Shown one piece after another: positions 10,401-21,800 of a DNA stretch of 64,000 nucleotides. Source of the DNA: an uncultured virus (IMG/VR IMGVR_UViG_3300051212_001283) (lineage: Duplodnaviria > Heunggongvirae > Uroviricota > Caudoviricetes); the IMG/VR virus record IMGVR_UViG_3300051212_001283. The stretch is one strand, 5' to 3'. The notes under the pieces are model-generated. The model was not told where the DNA came from. It saw only the letters and a program-made list of their open reading frames with translations, and did no database searches. The position numbers were made by a program, and so were the translations under genes. Within the stretch, counting starts at the first letter, position 1; each line of letters starts with the position of its first letter.

Positions 10401-13400
10401 GTCTTCAGCAAATGACAATTATCAATATTCGATTGAATCTAATTTCAATCAAATTAATGCTAATGTAAACAAAATAAATTCAATAGTTTCTGTATCTACA
10501 TCACACAATTTATCAGTTGGTGACAAAATATCTTTACGTTTAAATCCAGATTTATCAGTTGGAATTGGAACTTCAACATCGGTTAAAGTTAAACTTAGTT
10601 CAATAACTAATAGTTTAATTATTAATCCAATCGAATTTAGTTCTTCTGGAATTAACACTACAACTAATCAAATTCAGATAATTTCACATGGACTTAAAAC
10701 TGGTGATAAAGTTTTATATGAAGCAAACTCTATACCATCTGGAATATCTACAGGAAATTATTATGTTTATAGAATAGATGATGACAACATAAAATTATGT
10801 GCAACCTACTTAGATTCAATTTCAACTCCACCAACTTTTATTGACATAGTAAGTAGTGGTATTGGGACACAAAATGTTAGTTTGGTTAATCCACAAATCC
10901 AAGTTATTAAAAATAATAATCTTGTGTTTGACTTATCTGATTCTTCTTTATTAGATTACAAATTGAAAATCTATTATGATCAAGATTTTAATAAGGAATT
11001 TGTTTCAGTTGCAACTACAGAATCACTTTCGATTTTAGGGGTTGGAACTGCCGGATTTGCAGATGCCTCTTTAACTTTAAATTACACAAGTTCTATTCCA
11101 GAAAAACTTTACTACAACTTAGAAAAATCTGGATATATTAGTACAGCAGACTCAGATGTTACAAATTACTCTGAGATATTATTTGTAGATAGTGAATATA
11201 ATGGAGTTTATGACGTTATTAGTGTAGCAAGTACAACTTTTACCATTTCTTTAAAGAGAACACCAGAAAAACTCTCATACCAAAAAGGTGACTGCGATAC
11301 TATAGAATATTCTACAACTTCTAATTCTGCATCTGGTGGAATTAGTAAAGTAAATCTAATTTCTGGTGGATATGGATACAAATCACTTCCTCGTTTTACT
11401 GGAACTAATTCTGAAAATGGATCTGGTGCATTCATTATTCCATCTTCAAACAGTGTTGGAAAAATTACACAAAGTAGAATCATAAATGAGGGATTTGAAT
11501 ATGCTTCAGATAAAACTTTAAGACCAACTGCAACTATCCCACAATCAGTTTATATTTCTTCTTCAAATACGATTGATAGTATAACTATTTTGAATGGTGG
11601 TCAAAATTATACCTCAGAACCAGATTTAATATTAATAGATTCGGATAGTGGAGAACTAATTGAATCTGGATTTTTAAAAGCAAATCTAACTGGTTCTTCA
11701 ATTGGTGAAGTAAAAATTGAAGTAGAACCCAAAGGTCTTCCAATTAAACCAGTAACAATTAAAGCAATTAATAATTCCAATTCAATATCAATAAGTAGAG
11801 TACAATCATCTTCTTCTGGAATAGTAACTTGCATTTTAACTACACCTATAGCAGGATTTACTTCATCTCCATTTGCAGTTGGTGATAGGATATTTGTAGA
11901 GGGAATTGAAAAAACAAACTCTTTTGGAGATGGATTTAATTCGTCAGATTATGGTTATAGATTTTTCACAGTAACAAACTATTTTGCATTAAATCCCGAC
12001 ATACTGGAATTTAGCGTTTCTGGATTAACAACTAACCCAGGAATTGCAAAAACCATTCAAGAATCTTATGCATCTATCACAAATTATAAGAATTATCCAG
12101 AGTTTGAAGTAACTCAGAAGTTTTTACCATTCTCAGTGGGTGAAACTTTATTATCTGATAATGGACTAGGATTTATAACTAGAGACTTGATTGTCACTTA
12201 TTGTGATGAAAATACAATAAGAGCAACTGGAAATTATACACTTTCAGCAAATGAAAGAATAAGAGGACTTCAATCACTTAGTGAAGCAACTGTTGATATA
12301 GTTAAGACTACTGGAGGAATTTATAACATTGATTATTTTAATCTCCAAAACTTTGGATGGAAAGATCAAACTGGAAAAATAAGTGAAGATTCTCAGGTAA
12401 TTCCAGATAATGACTACTATCAAAATCTTTCTTATACAGTGAAGAGTACTAAAACATGGGAAGAAATAGTAACACCAGTAAATAATTTATTGCATACTAG
12501 CGGAACCAAAAACTTCTCAGATACTCAATTAAAACAAAGTGTTCAATCTGGAATAGGAACTACAGAATCATCCATATCACTTGTTAACATGTTTGTTGAA
12601 GATAATAGAGTTGATACTATTAATAATTTTGATCTCGTAATTGATGTAGATACTGCAAATAATAGATCTAAATTTATAAAGTTTGATAATATTCGTTTAT
12701 CTGATTATGTATTATGTAAAACAAATAGAGTATTAAAAATTGATGATATTAGTTCACAATTTTCTAGTTCTGATGATGAAAGAATAAATGTTTCTAACAT
12801 TTTTCCAATAGTTACTTCAAATCAATATAATAAATTTTTAGTACAAGTAAAGAACATAGCAAACAATGAAACTCAATTTAGCGAAATAGTCACTATTAAT
12901 AATGATCAAGATATTTTTACTTTATACAAAGGAGAGTTAAGCACTGGAACTGTAAGTTATGGATCATCAATTTTTAATCCAGATTCTTTACTAACAAATA
13001 TTGTAGGATATGTAGATGAAGATGGTGTTTTCTATCTAAGATTTGAACCTGAAGATCCTTTCGATTCTACTTTTGATATTAAAATACTACAAGATACTTT
13101 TACAAGTAAGTCAGGAATTGGATCAACAGAAAGTTTAAATTGTATAGATTTAATATCAAAAAATAAAGTTGTTTCTAGTGGAATTACTACGTCTATTATT
13201 CAATTAGATTCTACAAAGTATTCATCAATTTATTCAAATATTCATGTTTTGAATAGTGATAGTTCTCTTATGAACTATGTTGAAATTTATGCATCTCATG
13301 ATGGTTCAGATACTTATATTACAGAATACTATTTTAACAATGAGTATGGTGAAAGTTATGGATCCATAGGATCATTTGGTGCTTCACTATCTGGTGGAAT

Positions 13401-16400
13401 ATTATCATTAAATTATACAAATACAGAATCTGAAGATATAATTGTAAGAACTAAAAATGTAGGATTTGGGACTACTGCACTAGGGGGAGATTTTTATAGA
13501 TTTAAACTTCCAGGACAAGTAGACTCTAATGAAAGAACAGTAGTTTTCGAATCTAATTATAATAATGTTTCTTCCGGTTCTACAAGTGTAATTATTTTAG
13601 ATAAGACCTTATTTACATCAATTAAATCAACAATAAGAGTAGGATTAGGACAAACTAGTTCTTTACATCAGATAATGACCATGTATGATGGATCTGATGT
13701 TTATACTTTGCAGTATCCATTCTTATCAATTGGAAGTACAAGTGGAATAGGAACTTTTGGAGCAAGTGTAGATTCAAATAATATTATACTTAGTTTCTAT
13801 CCAGATAACTCTATCTCTGGCAATATAGAAATAATATCATTCAATGAGTGTTTCTATACAGATTTAGATATTGTTAATATTCCACCAGACTTAATCTATT
13901 CTCCTGTTAGACAATCCGTAAAAATAGCACAATATTTTGGAGTTAATTCTTCACTAATTAATAAATTAGATTTTGAAACTAATTATGAAGGAAGTCCAAT
14001 ATTCATGAAAACTTTTGACCCATCAAATTCCTTAGATTTTGTAACTGGTATATGTACCATTCCTAATCATTTCTTTAACACTGGTGAAGAACTAATTTAT
14101 AGACCAAAATCAACCTTCATCGGTATTGGATCATCTCCAATAGGAATTGGATCTACAGAAAATTATGTTGGAGTAGTAACAACATTATTACCTGAAGTAG
14201 TTTATGCAATTAGAGAAACTAAAGATACCATCAGAATTGCAACCAAAACAGAGTATGCTGAACAGGGTATTGGAGTTACATTTACATCTGTAGGTTTAGG
14301 AAATGCTCATGAATTGGAAATGTTTAAAAAGAATGAAAAATCTTTGATTACGATTAATGATCTAGCACAGTATCCAATTTCTTATTCTTATGTAAGTCAT
14401 ATCTTATTGAATAATGGTGGTCAAATTGACACAACATCGACAATTTTTGCACTGAGTGGAATTAGTTCAATTAATCCTACAGATTTATTAAAGATAGATA
14501 ATGAATATGTAAGGGTTGAAAATGTTGGGTTAGGAACCACAAGTATAGGTCCAATTACATTTACTGGAAGTGTTCCCTTAGTGGAAGTTACTAGAGGATT
14601 TGTAGGGTCTTCCGCAGGAGTACATACAGATACCACAATCACTAGGGTCTATAGAGGATCTTACAATATTTCAGGAAATAAAATTTATTTCACACAACCT
14701 CCAAGAGGAAATCAGTTAGATTTAGTGGGACCTGATGAAAATTCTCTTCCAAGAGAAAGAGCAACATTTACTGGTAGAGTATTTTTAAGACAAGATTATA
14801 CTTCAAATCAAGTATATGACGATATTTCTGAGCAATTTACTGGAATAGGTCAAACTTTTGTTCTAACATCTCAAGGAATTAATACTGTTGGACTAGGAAC
14901 TAGTGGTGGGAATGGTATTGTTTTTATCAATAGTATTTTCCAATCACCAACTACTGCTAATAATTCTGGAAATAACTACATTATTGAAGAAAATTCAGTA
15001 TCTGGAGTAACAAGTATTACATTTACTGGTATTAGATCTGATACTGGATTATATACATCAGATTATGATATTAATATGAATCAATTACCTCGCGGTGGCA
15101 TAATTGTTTCATTGGGATCTACTTCTGGTTTAGGATATGCTCCTTTGGTAGGTGCTTCAGTCACTGCTGTTATTGGTGCTGGTGGAACAATTGTTTCTGT
15201 TGGATTGGGAACACAAGATATTCTTGGATCTGGATATAGAGGAAATGTCTCTGTAGCAGCCACAGAAACGGGTCACACTGGATCTGCAGCAACTATCACT
15301 GCGAGTGTAGGTGCTGGAGGTATTTTATCATTTACGGTCGTTGGAGGAGGTAGTGGATACACTAATCCAACAATTAATGTTTCCTCACCTTCTTATGAAA
15401 ACTTACCAATAATTGGAGTTTCTCGTTTGGGTGTAGGTGCAACAACAGATTGTGGAACTGGATTATTATTAAATGTTGAGGTTGGAGCAAGTTCTACAAC
15501 TGGAATAGGATCTACTTATTTTGAAGTAACAGATTTTAAAATTACAAGAAATGGTTATGGATTTAGAAGAGGTGATGTATTCAAACCAGTAGGACTGGTA
15601 ACAGATGCAAGTCTAGCATCACCAATTAGTGAATTTGAGTTAACTGTTCTTGATACCTTTACAGATTCTTTCGCTGCTTGGCAATTTGGAGAATTAGATT
15701 ATATTGATTCAATTAAAAATTATCAAGATGGTACAAGAACTAGATTCCCATTGTTCTATAGATCTGATTTGCTCAGTTTTGAAATTGATGAAAATCAACC
15801 AGATTCTCAGTTAATAGATTTAAATAATGTTCTTCTTATTTTTGTGAATGGAATTTTACAAGAACCAGGAACTTCATATCAATTTAATGGTGGCACATCA
15901 TTTATATTTACAGTTCCTCCAAAACCAGAAGATGATATTGCAGTATTTTTCTATAAGGGAACTGATGGTGAGGATATTGAAAATATCACAAATATCAATG
16001 AAACAATTAAAGTAGGAGACACTGTACAGGTATTCAGTAATAATGCTAATATTAATAATACGATTACTCAAGATAAGAGAATAGTTTATGATATTGCTGG
16101 ATCTGATAGAGTTGAAACTAATCTATATGTCTCTCAAGGAATAGATTCTGTCAATGAAAAACCACTTTACTGGACTAAACAAAAAGTTGATTTATTAATT
16201 AATGGAGAAATTGTTTCTAAGTCTAGAGATTCTATTGAATCGCAAGTTTATCCAACTGCAAATATTATAGGAAATTTTGGAAGTAGTGATACTGAAATAT
16301 TTGTAGATGATTCCTCATTGTTTAATTATGAAAATGAGTCTCCAATAAGTTTCAATGCAGTTATAATGACTGGTAAACCAAATACAGTTTCTGCTAAAGT

Positions 16401-17205
16401 AACTGCTGTAGTTTCTTCTGCTGGAACAATTTCATCATTAGTTATTACTAATCCTGGTAGTGGATATGTTGGATCTGCAGTAACTTTAAGTATTTCAGCA
16501 CCACCATCTATCAGTTCTGGAATTGGAATAAGAGCAACTGCAACTGCAAGTATTGTAAATGAATCATTATCAACGATATCAATCACAAATCCTGGATTTG
16601 GTTATACTACAAACATAGTACCTCAAGTTTTAGTTCCACTACCAGATCCAATATATGAAACTATAACCAATATAAATGACGTTGAAGGATTTGTGGCACC
16701 AGTTATTGGAATTGCTACTACAAGTGGAATTGGAGTTCCTTTAGCATTTAAGTTTACATTACAAACTCCAGTTTCAACAGACTTACAAGTTGGATATCCA
16801 ATTTATATTTCAAATACTTCTGTTGGAGGTGGAGTTACATCTATAGATTCTTCAAACTCTAATATTGTTGCAATTAGTACATCCTTCATAAACAATGTGT
16901 ATAAAGTTCATGCATTTGATTCAATAACAGGTATTGTAACTTGCAACATTGCTTCTAATACTTCTACGGTAGGAATTGCAACAACAGGAACTTCAAATTA
17001 TCCTGTAGGTAGATTATCTTGGGGTCGATTATCTGGATTTACTAGATCTTCATCACCAATTTCAATCGCCGTTACTGGATATACATCAAGTATAGGCATA
17101 ACTAGTGAGGGATATAGTGCAGGTCTTTCAACATATCCAATTATACAAAGGAGAGGGTTTGGTTTAAGAAGAACTGGATCTCTTGATAAAGATAAAATAT
17201 CGTGA
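7453..17205 (+). CDS. gp7: baseplate wedge protein gp7, C-terminal segment (frame open from 7351; YHYH-like domain)
   Basis: Frame reads TVPGGIGLLKNGVEIYNYK.. from 7351; IIGWAYDGNPIYG...DLDQYNGRFCKTPEFPNGTYAYF; DNDYYQNLSY; many NGGSGY/NPGSGY repeats. Confidence 0.8.
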   Translation: MNGGSGYDVINLPLLNLSTGSALVQPVITGSVEKIYVDPQDFDVDVVVSVALTGGNGSGASFQPVIEKYVREIEFDARPLSTGGGLDSVNERIAFVKNHNLVNGQAIVYNNNNFSSIGIGTFGGSDLDQSKTLINGATYYSKVINDRTIELYQSLPDYVAGINTVGFTTIGNVGIQKFKTEVKNKLSEIKIINGGAYTNRKLRVKPVGISTYNHTVEFENHGFSDGEIVTYDYETTGIVGLSTSNKYQILKVDSNKFRLCDAGINGDTVSNYQRKNYVKFSTSGSGYQIFSYPNISLSVEYTSVGLGSTQVRGSIVATPIIRGKIDQLYVYEKGSNYGSFILNTHQRPQIVVKNGKESQFKPLIQNGRITDVTVLYGGQDYYSTPDLVVLGSGVGASLRPVVSNNKIVDVIVVNPGAGYSITDTVVRAVPAGKNAVFESSVRALTLNNSYKYGVQNANYRDPATEILIETENNLEYAVIGYSEQIKNNIKDNGGDTTHSNIIGWAYDGNPIYGTYGYSDPNEARLVKKLEPGYSIVDIENRPSTTNFPLGYFVEDYKFTNSGDLDQYNGRFCKTPEFPNGTYAYFATIQNNPNGNVVGKFPYFIGNEYRSAYIEENLSLNQSFDFNSSSLIRNTLPYKVNEEYADNDFIVESNEIIKQKTLIESVSSGSVSDLEIVSSGSNYKVSDEITFNSSGEGSGIFAKVSEITGKEINQINTTVQSFNNSLITWIDENTVKVNVLPYHEFLNRDNINISGLSTQVSNLNGTYKIGITTYSTILDKEIPAYASTGIVTDIYLTSIPENVSVGSSFKIDNEIFSILNIYNNFGVVKVRRNTSGGIHTQTTPAYFLPNSFTVNKSTEYFESKVNDIVYYNPTKSVGIGTVVGTGINVNYNIGITSYSTFIPTQSIFIPNHPFNTGQQVIFRKPNGADPIAVSNTSTSLSFNILSGDSTTLYVINKSKDYIGIVTNVGLTTNTGGLFFRNTSWSSANDNYQYSIESNFNQINANVNKINSIVSVSTSHNLSVGDKISLRLNPDLSVGIGTSTSVKVKLSSITNSLIINPIEFSSSGINTTTNQIQIISHGLKTGDKVLYEANSIPSGISTGNYYVYRIDDDNIKLCATYLDSISTPPTFIDIVSSGIGTQNVSLVNPQIQVIKNNNLVFDLSDSSLLDYKLKIYYDQDFNKEFVSVATTESLSILGVGTAGFADASLTLNYTSSIPEKLYYNLEKSGYISTADSDVTNYSEILFVDSEYNGVYDVISVASTTFTISLKRTPEKLSYQKGDCDTIEYSTTSNSASGGISKVNLISGGYGYKSLPRFTGTNSENGSGAFIIPSSNSVGKITQSRIINEGFEYASDKTLRPTATIPQSVYISSSNTIDSITILNGGQNYTSEPDLILIDSDSGELIESGFLKANLTGSSIGEVKIEVEPKGLPIKPVTIKAINNSNSISISRVQSSSSGIVTCILTTPIAGFTSSPFAVGDRIFVEGIEKTNSFGDGFNSSDYGYRFFTVTNYFALNPDILEFSVSGLTTNPGIAKTIQESYASITNYKNYPEFEVTQKFLPFSVGETLLSDNGLGFITRDLIVTYCDENTIRATGNYTLSANERIRGLQSLSEATVDIVKTTGGIYNIDYFNLQNFGWKDQTGKISEDSQVIPDNDYYQNLSYTVKSTKTWEEIVTPVNNLLHTSGTKNFSDTQLKQSVQSGIGTTESSISLVNMFVEDNRVDTINNFDLVIDVDTANNRSKFIKFDNIRLSDYVLCKTNRVLKIDDISSQFSSSDDERINVSNIFPIVTSNQYNKFLVQVKNIANNETQFSEIVTINNDQDIFTLYKGELSTGTVSYGSSIFNPDSLLTNIVGYVDEDGVFYLRFEPEDPFDSTFDIKILQDTFTSKSGIGSTESLNCIDLISKNKVVSSGITTSIIQLDSTKYSSIYSNIHVLNSDSSLMNYVEIYASHDGSDTYITEYYFNNEYGESYGSIGSFGASLSGGILSLNYTNTESEDIIVRTKNVGFGTTALGGDFYRFKLPGQVDSNERTVVFESNYNNVSSGSTSVIILDKTLFTSIKSTIRVGLGQTSSLHQIMTMYDGSDVYTLQYPFLSIGSTSGIGTFGASVDSNNIILSFYPDNSISGNIEIISFNECFYTDLDIVNIPPDLIYSPVRQSVKIAQYFGVNSSLINKLDFETNYEGSPIFMKTFDPSNSLDFVTGICTIPNHFFNTGEELIYRPKSTFIGIGSSPIGIGSTENYVGVVTTLLPEVVYAIRETKDTIRIATKTEYAEQGIGVTFTSVGLGNAHELEMFKKNEKSLITINDLAQYPISYSYVSHILLNNGGQIDTTSTIFALSGISSINPTDLLKIDNEYVRVENVGLGTTSIGPITFTGSVPLVEVTRGFVGSSAGVHTDTTITRVYRGSYNISGNKIYFTQPPRGNQLDLVGPDENSLPRERATFTGRVFLRQDYTSNQVYDDISEQFTGIGQTFVLTSQGINTVGLGTSGGNGIVFINSIFQSPTTANNSGNNYIIEENSVSGVTSITFTGIRSDTGLYTSDYDINMNQLPRGGIIVSLGSTSGLGYAPLVGASVTAVIGAGGTIVSVGLGTQDILGSGYRGNVSVAATETGHTGSAATITASVGAGGILSFTVVGGGSGYTNPTINVSSPSYENLPIIGVSRLGVGATTDCGTGLLLNVEVGASSTTGIGSTYFEVTDFKITRNGYGFRRGDVFKPVGLVTDASLASPISEFELTVLDTFTDSFAAWQFGELDYIDSIKNYQDGTRTRFPLFYRSDLLSFEIDENQPDSQLIDLNNVLLIFVNGILQEPGTSYQFNGGTSFIFTVPPKPEDDIAVFFYKGTDGEDIENITNINETIKVGDTVQVFSNNANINNTITQDKRIVYDIAGSDRVETNLYVSQGIDSVNEKPLYWTKQKVDLLINGEIVSKSRDSIESQVYPTANIIGNFGSSDTEIFVDDSSLFNYENESPISFNAVIMTGKPNTVSAKVTAVVSSAGTISSLVITNPGSGYVGSAVTLSISAPPSISSGIGIRATATASIVNESLSTISITNPGFGYTTNIVPQVLVPLPDPIYETITNINDVEGFVAPVIGIATTSGIGVPLAFKFTLQTPVSTDLQVGYPIYISNTSVGGGVTSIDSSNSNIVAISTSFINNVYKVHAFDSITGIVTCNIASNTSTVGIATTGTSNYPVGRLSWGRLSGFTRSSSPISIAVTGYTSSIGITSEGYSAGLSTYPIIQRRGFGLRRTGSLDKDKIS

Positions 17206-17210
17206 CCCCA

Positions 17211-17218
17211 TATAAATA
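17211..17218 (+). promoter_or_regulatory. T4-type late promoter
   Basis: Exact TATAAATA upstream of g8. Confidence 0.85.
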
Positions 17219-17238
17219 TAAAAAAAACAGCAATATAA

Positions 17239-18807
17239 ATGTCTGCACTTGTAACAGATCAATTTAGAATTTTAAATGCTACCAATTTCATAGAATCGAT
17301 AGACAATGATTCGTATTATGTTTGGGTTGGATTAACCAACCCTAATAGATACACTGGATTTGGCAGAAATACAAATTGGGATGGTGGTAATGGAGTAACA
17401 AACGGTGTTGTTCCAAATCCAATTGATAATTTAGATTACTTAACACAATATGAAGATACTCTTTTGTTTGGAAAAAAAGTTACATCATCAAATATAAGAA
17501 GAGTAATAAAGAGAGTTGATTGGGTAAGAGGTAAAAAATATGATATGTATAGACATGATTATAGTATTAACAATCTTAGTCCTGTAGCAAGAAGGGCAAG
17601 GTTGTATGATTCAGAATACTATGCAATGAATAGTGATTATAAAGTTTATATTTGCATTGAAAATGGTTCTAGTGGAATCAATACAACAGGAAATCAGTCT
17701 TTATATGAACCAACTTTTACTGACTTAGAACCATCAGTAGCGGGCACTGGTGAAGATGGATATATTTGGAAGTATTTGTTTACTGTTTCTCCTGGAGACA
17801 TTGTAAAATTTGATTCCACAGAGTATATTACTCTTCCAAATGATTGGAGCACTTCTACCGATTCTCAAATTGTTTCTGTAAGAGAAAATGGTGACTCTAC
17901 ACTAAATGATAACCAGATTAAAACAGTCTATATTGATAATCCAGGAAGAAATTATTCTTCTGGAGAGGTAGATATTTTAGGAAATGGATCTGGAGGTAGA
18001 GTTTTTGTAGAAGTAAATTCAAATGGAGAAATAATAAACACCACAGTTACTTCAGGTGGTAGTGGATATACCTATGGAATAGTTGATTTAGGGTCTCTGC
18101 AACCTGGGGGAAATATTTCAAACCCTGCAAGACTTATTCCAATAATCCCACCCTCCAGAGGTCACGGATACGACTTATATAAAGAGTTAGGTGCTGATAG
18201 GGTAATGATTTATAGCAGATTTGATGATTCTTCTAGAGATTTTCCAATCAACACCAAGTTTTGTCAAATTGGAATATTAAAGAATCCAACAAAATTCATA
18301 TCAACTGAAGTTTTTAGCGATTCTCAATTTTCAGGTCTCTATGGCATTAAATTTGATACAGTAAATAATACTCCTCCAACAATAGGTGAAAAAATTACAC
18401 AAACAGTTCCAGGCGGAATTGCAGTTGGATATGTAGCATCATACGATTCTGATACGAAGGTATTAAAATATTTTAGAGATAGATCTTTGTATTATGGTCC
18501 GACTTATGATCAAACAGATTATGTTGGTGTATCAACTCAAGCTGATGCTAATATTAATTTTAGCAACTCTGGAGGGAATGTTGTTGGTGAAACTAGTGGG
18601 TTTAATGGAATTCAAATTTCATCTTTAACAGGAATTACTACAACTGTAAATGGTGCAATTATAAATTTGGGAGTTTCTTTTACAAATGGATTATCAAATC
18701 CTGAGATAAATAAAAAGACGGGAGATATAATTTATATTGATAATAGACCTCTCGTTTCTCGCAACATCAGACAAAAAGAAGACATTAAAATTATCCTGGA
18801 ATTTTAA
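17239..18807 (+). CDS. gp8: baseplate wedge subunit gp8
   Basis: MSALVTDQFRI, YDMYRHDYS, VYICIENG, DGYIWKYLF, GHG...ELGA, EDIKIILEF. Confidence 0.93.
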   Translation: MSALVTDQFRILNATNFIESIDNDSYYVWVGLTNPNRYTGFGRNTNWDGGNGVTNGVVPNPIDNLDYLTQYEDTLLFGKKVTSSNIRRVIKRVDWVRGKKYDMYRHDYSINNLSPVARRARLYDSEYYAMNSDYKVYICIENGSSGINTTGNQSLYEPTFTDLEPSVAGTGEDGYIWKYLFTVSPGDIVKFDSTEYITLPNDWSTSTDSQIVSVRENGDSTLNDNQIKTVYIDNPGRNYSSGEVDILGNGSGGRVFVEVNSNGEIINTTVTSGGSGYTYGIVDLGSLQPGGNISNPARLIPIIPPSRGHGYDLYKELGADRVMIYSRFDDSSRDFPINTKFCQIGILKNPTKFISTEVFSDSQFSGLYGIKFDTVNNTPPTIGEKITQTVPGGIAVGYVASYDSDTKVLKYFRDRSLYYGPTYDQTDYVGVSTQADANINFSNSGGNVVGETSGFNGIQISSLTGITTTVNGAIINLGVSFTNGLSNPEINKKTGDIIYIDNRPLVSRNIRQKEDIKIILEF

Positions 18808-18810
18808 GAA

Positions 18811-21800
18811 ATGGCACAAAAGACAAATCTAAATGTAAGTCCTTATTTTGATGATTTTGATGCTGGAAAGAATTTTTATAAAGTTCTTTTTAATCCGGGA
18901 AGACCAGTACAAGCAAGAGAATTAAATAATATTCAATCAATTTTACAAAATCAAATTGAATCTTTTGGTAGTCATTTATTTAAAGAGGGATCTGTAGTAA
19001 TTCCAGGAAATATTACATATGATCCTAATTTTTTTGCAGTAAAATTAAATTCAACTTCTTTTGGTGTAAACGTATCTAGTTATATACAGCAATATGTTGG
19101 AAAGTTAATAGAGGGGCAGATTTCTGGAATTACTGCTTTTGTACAAAAAGTTGAAATACCAAGTTCAACTAATAATTTGGATTATATTACGTTATATGTA
19201 AAATATATTGATTCGGACAATGATTTTAAAATCAATCCATTTCAAGATGGTGAGACATTAGTATGTAATGAAAGTATTGTATATGGTAATACTACTATTT
19301 TTGCAGGAACTCCTTTTGGATCTTTAATATCTACGGAAGCAACTTTTACAGGATCTGCCGCATCTATTGATAATGGAATTTATTTTGTAAGAGGAACATT
19401 TGCAAAAGTATCTCAACAAACTATTATTTTAGATTATTATACAAATACTCCATCATATAGAATTGGTTTAAACGTATCTGAGGAGATTGTATCTGCTAAG
19501 GAAGATCCTTCTCTTTATGATAATGCAAAAGGATTTACAAATTATGCTGCACCAGGTGCAGATAGATTTAAAATTTCATTATCACTTACTAAAAAAACAA
19601 TTGATAGTGTAGATACTGACACCGATTTTGTTGAATTACTTAGGGTAGAAAATGGTGAAATTAAAAAGATTAATACTAAAACTCAGTATTCTTTAATTAA
19701 AGATTATCTAGCACAAAGAACTTTTGATGAATCTGGAAACTATTCAGTAGAACCATTTAAAATTTCTCTACATAATTCTTTAAATACTAGACTTGGAAAT
19801 AACGGTTTATTTTTTGATAATCAAAAAACAGAATCTGGAAATACTCCATCTGATGATTTGATGTGTGTAAAGTTATCTCCAGGAAAAGCATATGTAAAAG
19901 GTTATGATATTGAAAAAATTACTACTACTATTTTAGATGTAAATAAACCTAGAGAAACTCAAAAAGTAGAAAATGTAAGTGTTCCTTTTGAGATGGGAAA
20001 CTTATTAAGAGTAAATAATGTATTTGGATCTCCAAAACAAAATGAAACTATAGAACTTCACTCAGAAAGAAGAAGTTCCTCTGGAAACCCATCTTCAAGT
20101 ACTAAAATTGGAGATGCTAGAGTTTATAACTTTAGATTAACTGATGCTGCTTATTCAGGAGAATCTACTAACTGGGATTTATATCTTTATGATATACAAA
20201 CTTATACAACTTTAACTTTAAATCAACCTTTATCTGCTACAGAACTACCATCTTCATCATATATTAAAGGAAAGAGTAGCGGTGCGAGTGGATACGCATC
20301 TGCTGCAGGAGATGATACAACAACTATTAAACTGAGACAAACATCAGGTAGTTTTATAAGAGGAGAGCAGATACTAATAAATGGATTAGAATTATATCCC
20401 AGATCTATTACGCAAATTACTGCGTATGATAGTAGTGATATTAAACAGATCTATCAACCAACATCAGTCTCTGGGTTTACTACATCATTTATCGGAGATT
20501 CTGTACTAGATAAACAACTTCCTATTGGATTTAATGCTTCCGATACTATTCAGATTTCTGCAGGTGGAGTGGTAACTTCTCCAGGAAAAGTTTTCAATGC
20601 TATAAAACCAGGATCTATTTTAAGATATCAAGCACCTGGAAAGTCTAGCGAAACTTTTAATATAGTTTCTAGTGTAAGTTCTACTGGAACATCTATGACT
20701 GTTGTAGGAGTTACTACAGTCAATGGAGTTTGTGATGGTGCTGTAGGGATTGAAACAAATCTTTCATTTAGTCTTGGAATACCAAAAATTAGAAACTCCA
20801 GTAAGGGGTACTTATATGCAGAATTGCCAAATTCAAATATTTCTCAGGTAGACTTAAATAATTCTATTCTTACTTTTAGCGCACAATCTACGAGTGCTAA
20901 GTCTTCAAATAGTCCAATAGTTCTTTCAGTATCTGATTTTTCACTACCTTCTGGTTTATCAACTGCATTATTTGCATCTTTTGACGAAGAGCGTTACTCT
21001 GTTCATTATACAGATGGTACTACACAATCCTTAAATTCGGATCAGTTTTCTTTATCAAATAATCAAGTAACATTATCAAATCTTACTTCAGGAAAAACAA
21101 CATCATCAATCAACGCAACATTTATTAAAAATGGTGTACAAACTAGGAAAAAGCAATATAACCGTAGCAATACTTTAAATGTAATTTATTCCAAATATCC
21201 AGAGTCTGGCACTGGACTCAGCACTTCTATCAATGATGGGTTAGAGTATAATCAATATTATGGACTAAGAGTTCAAGATGAGGAAATTTCTCTCAATTAT
21301 CCAGATGTTTCTAGAGTATTATCGATATATGAATCTTTAGATACATCAGATCCAACATTAGATAGTTTATCATTTAGTTCTATTTTAAATATTGGAATAA
21401 ATGTTATTATTGGTGAAAATATTATAGGATCTGAAAGTGGTTGTGTTGCTAGAGTTGTATCAAAATCTACAAATAGTGTTGGAATCGTTTATTTAAATTC
21501 AAATAGGTTTGCTGTCAATGAAGTTGTAACCTTTAAAGAATCAAATATTACTGGAGAAATAGATGTTATAACTCCAGGAAATTATAATGATATCACCAAT
21601 AAGTTTATTTTAGATAAAGGTCAAAAAGATCAATATTATGATTATTCCAAATTAATCAGAAATAAAGGGGAAACTGAACCTTCAAAGAAACTTTTAATTG
21701 TATTTGATTATTATAGCGTACCTTCAACTGATAATGGAGATGTATATACAGTAGCAAGTTATAATAAAGAGCAATTTAATTCTGATGTTCCCTTAATTGG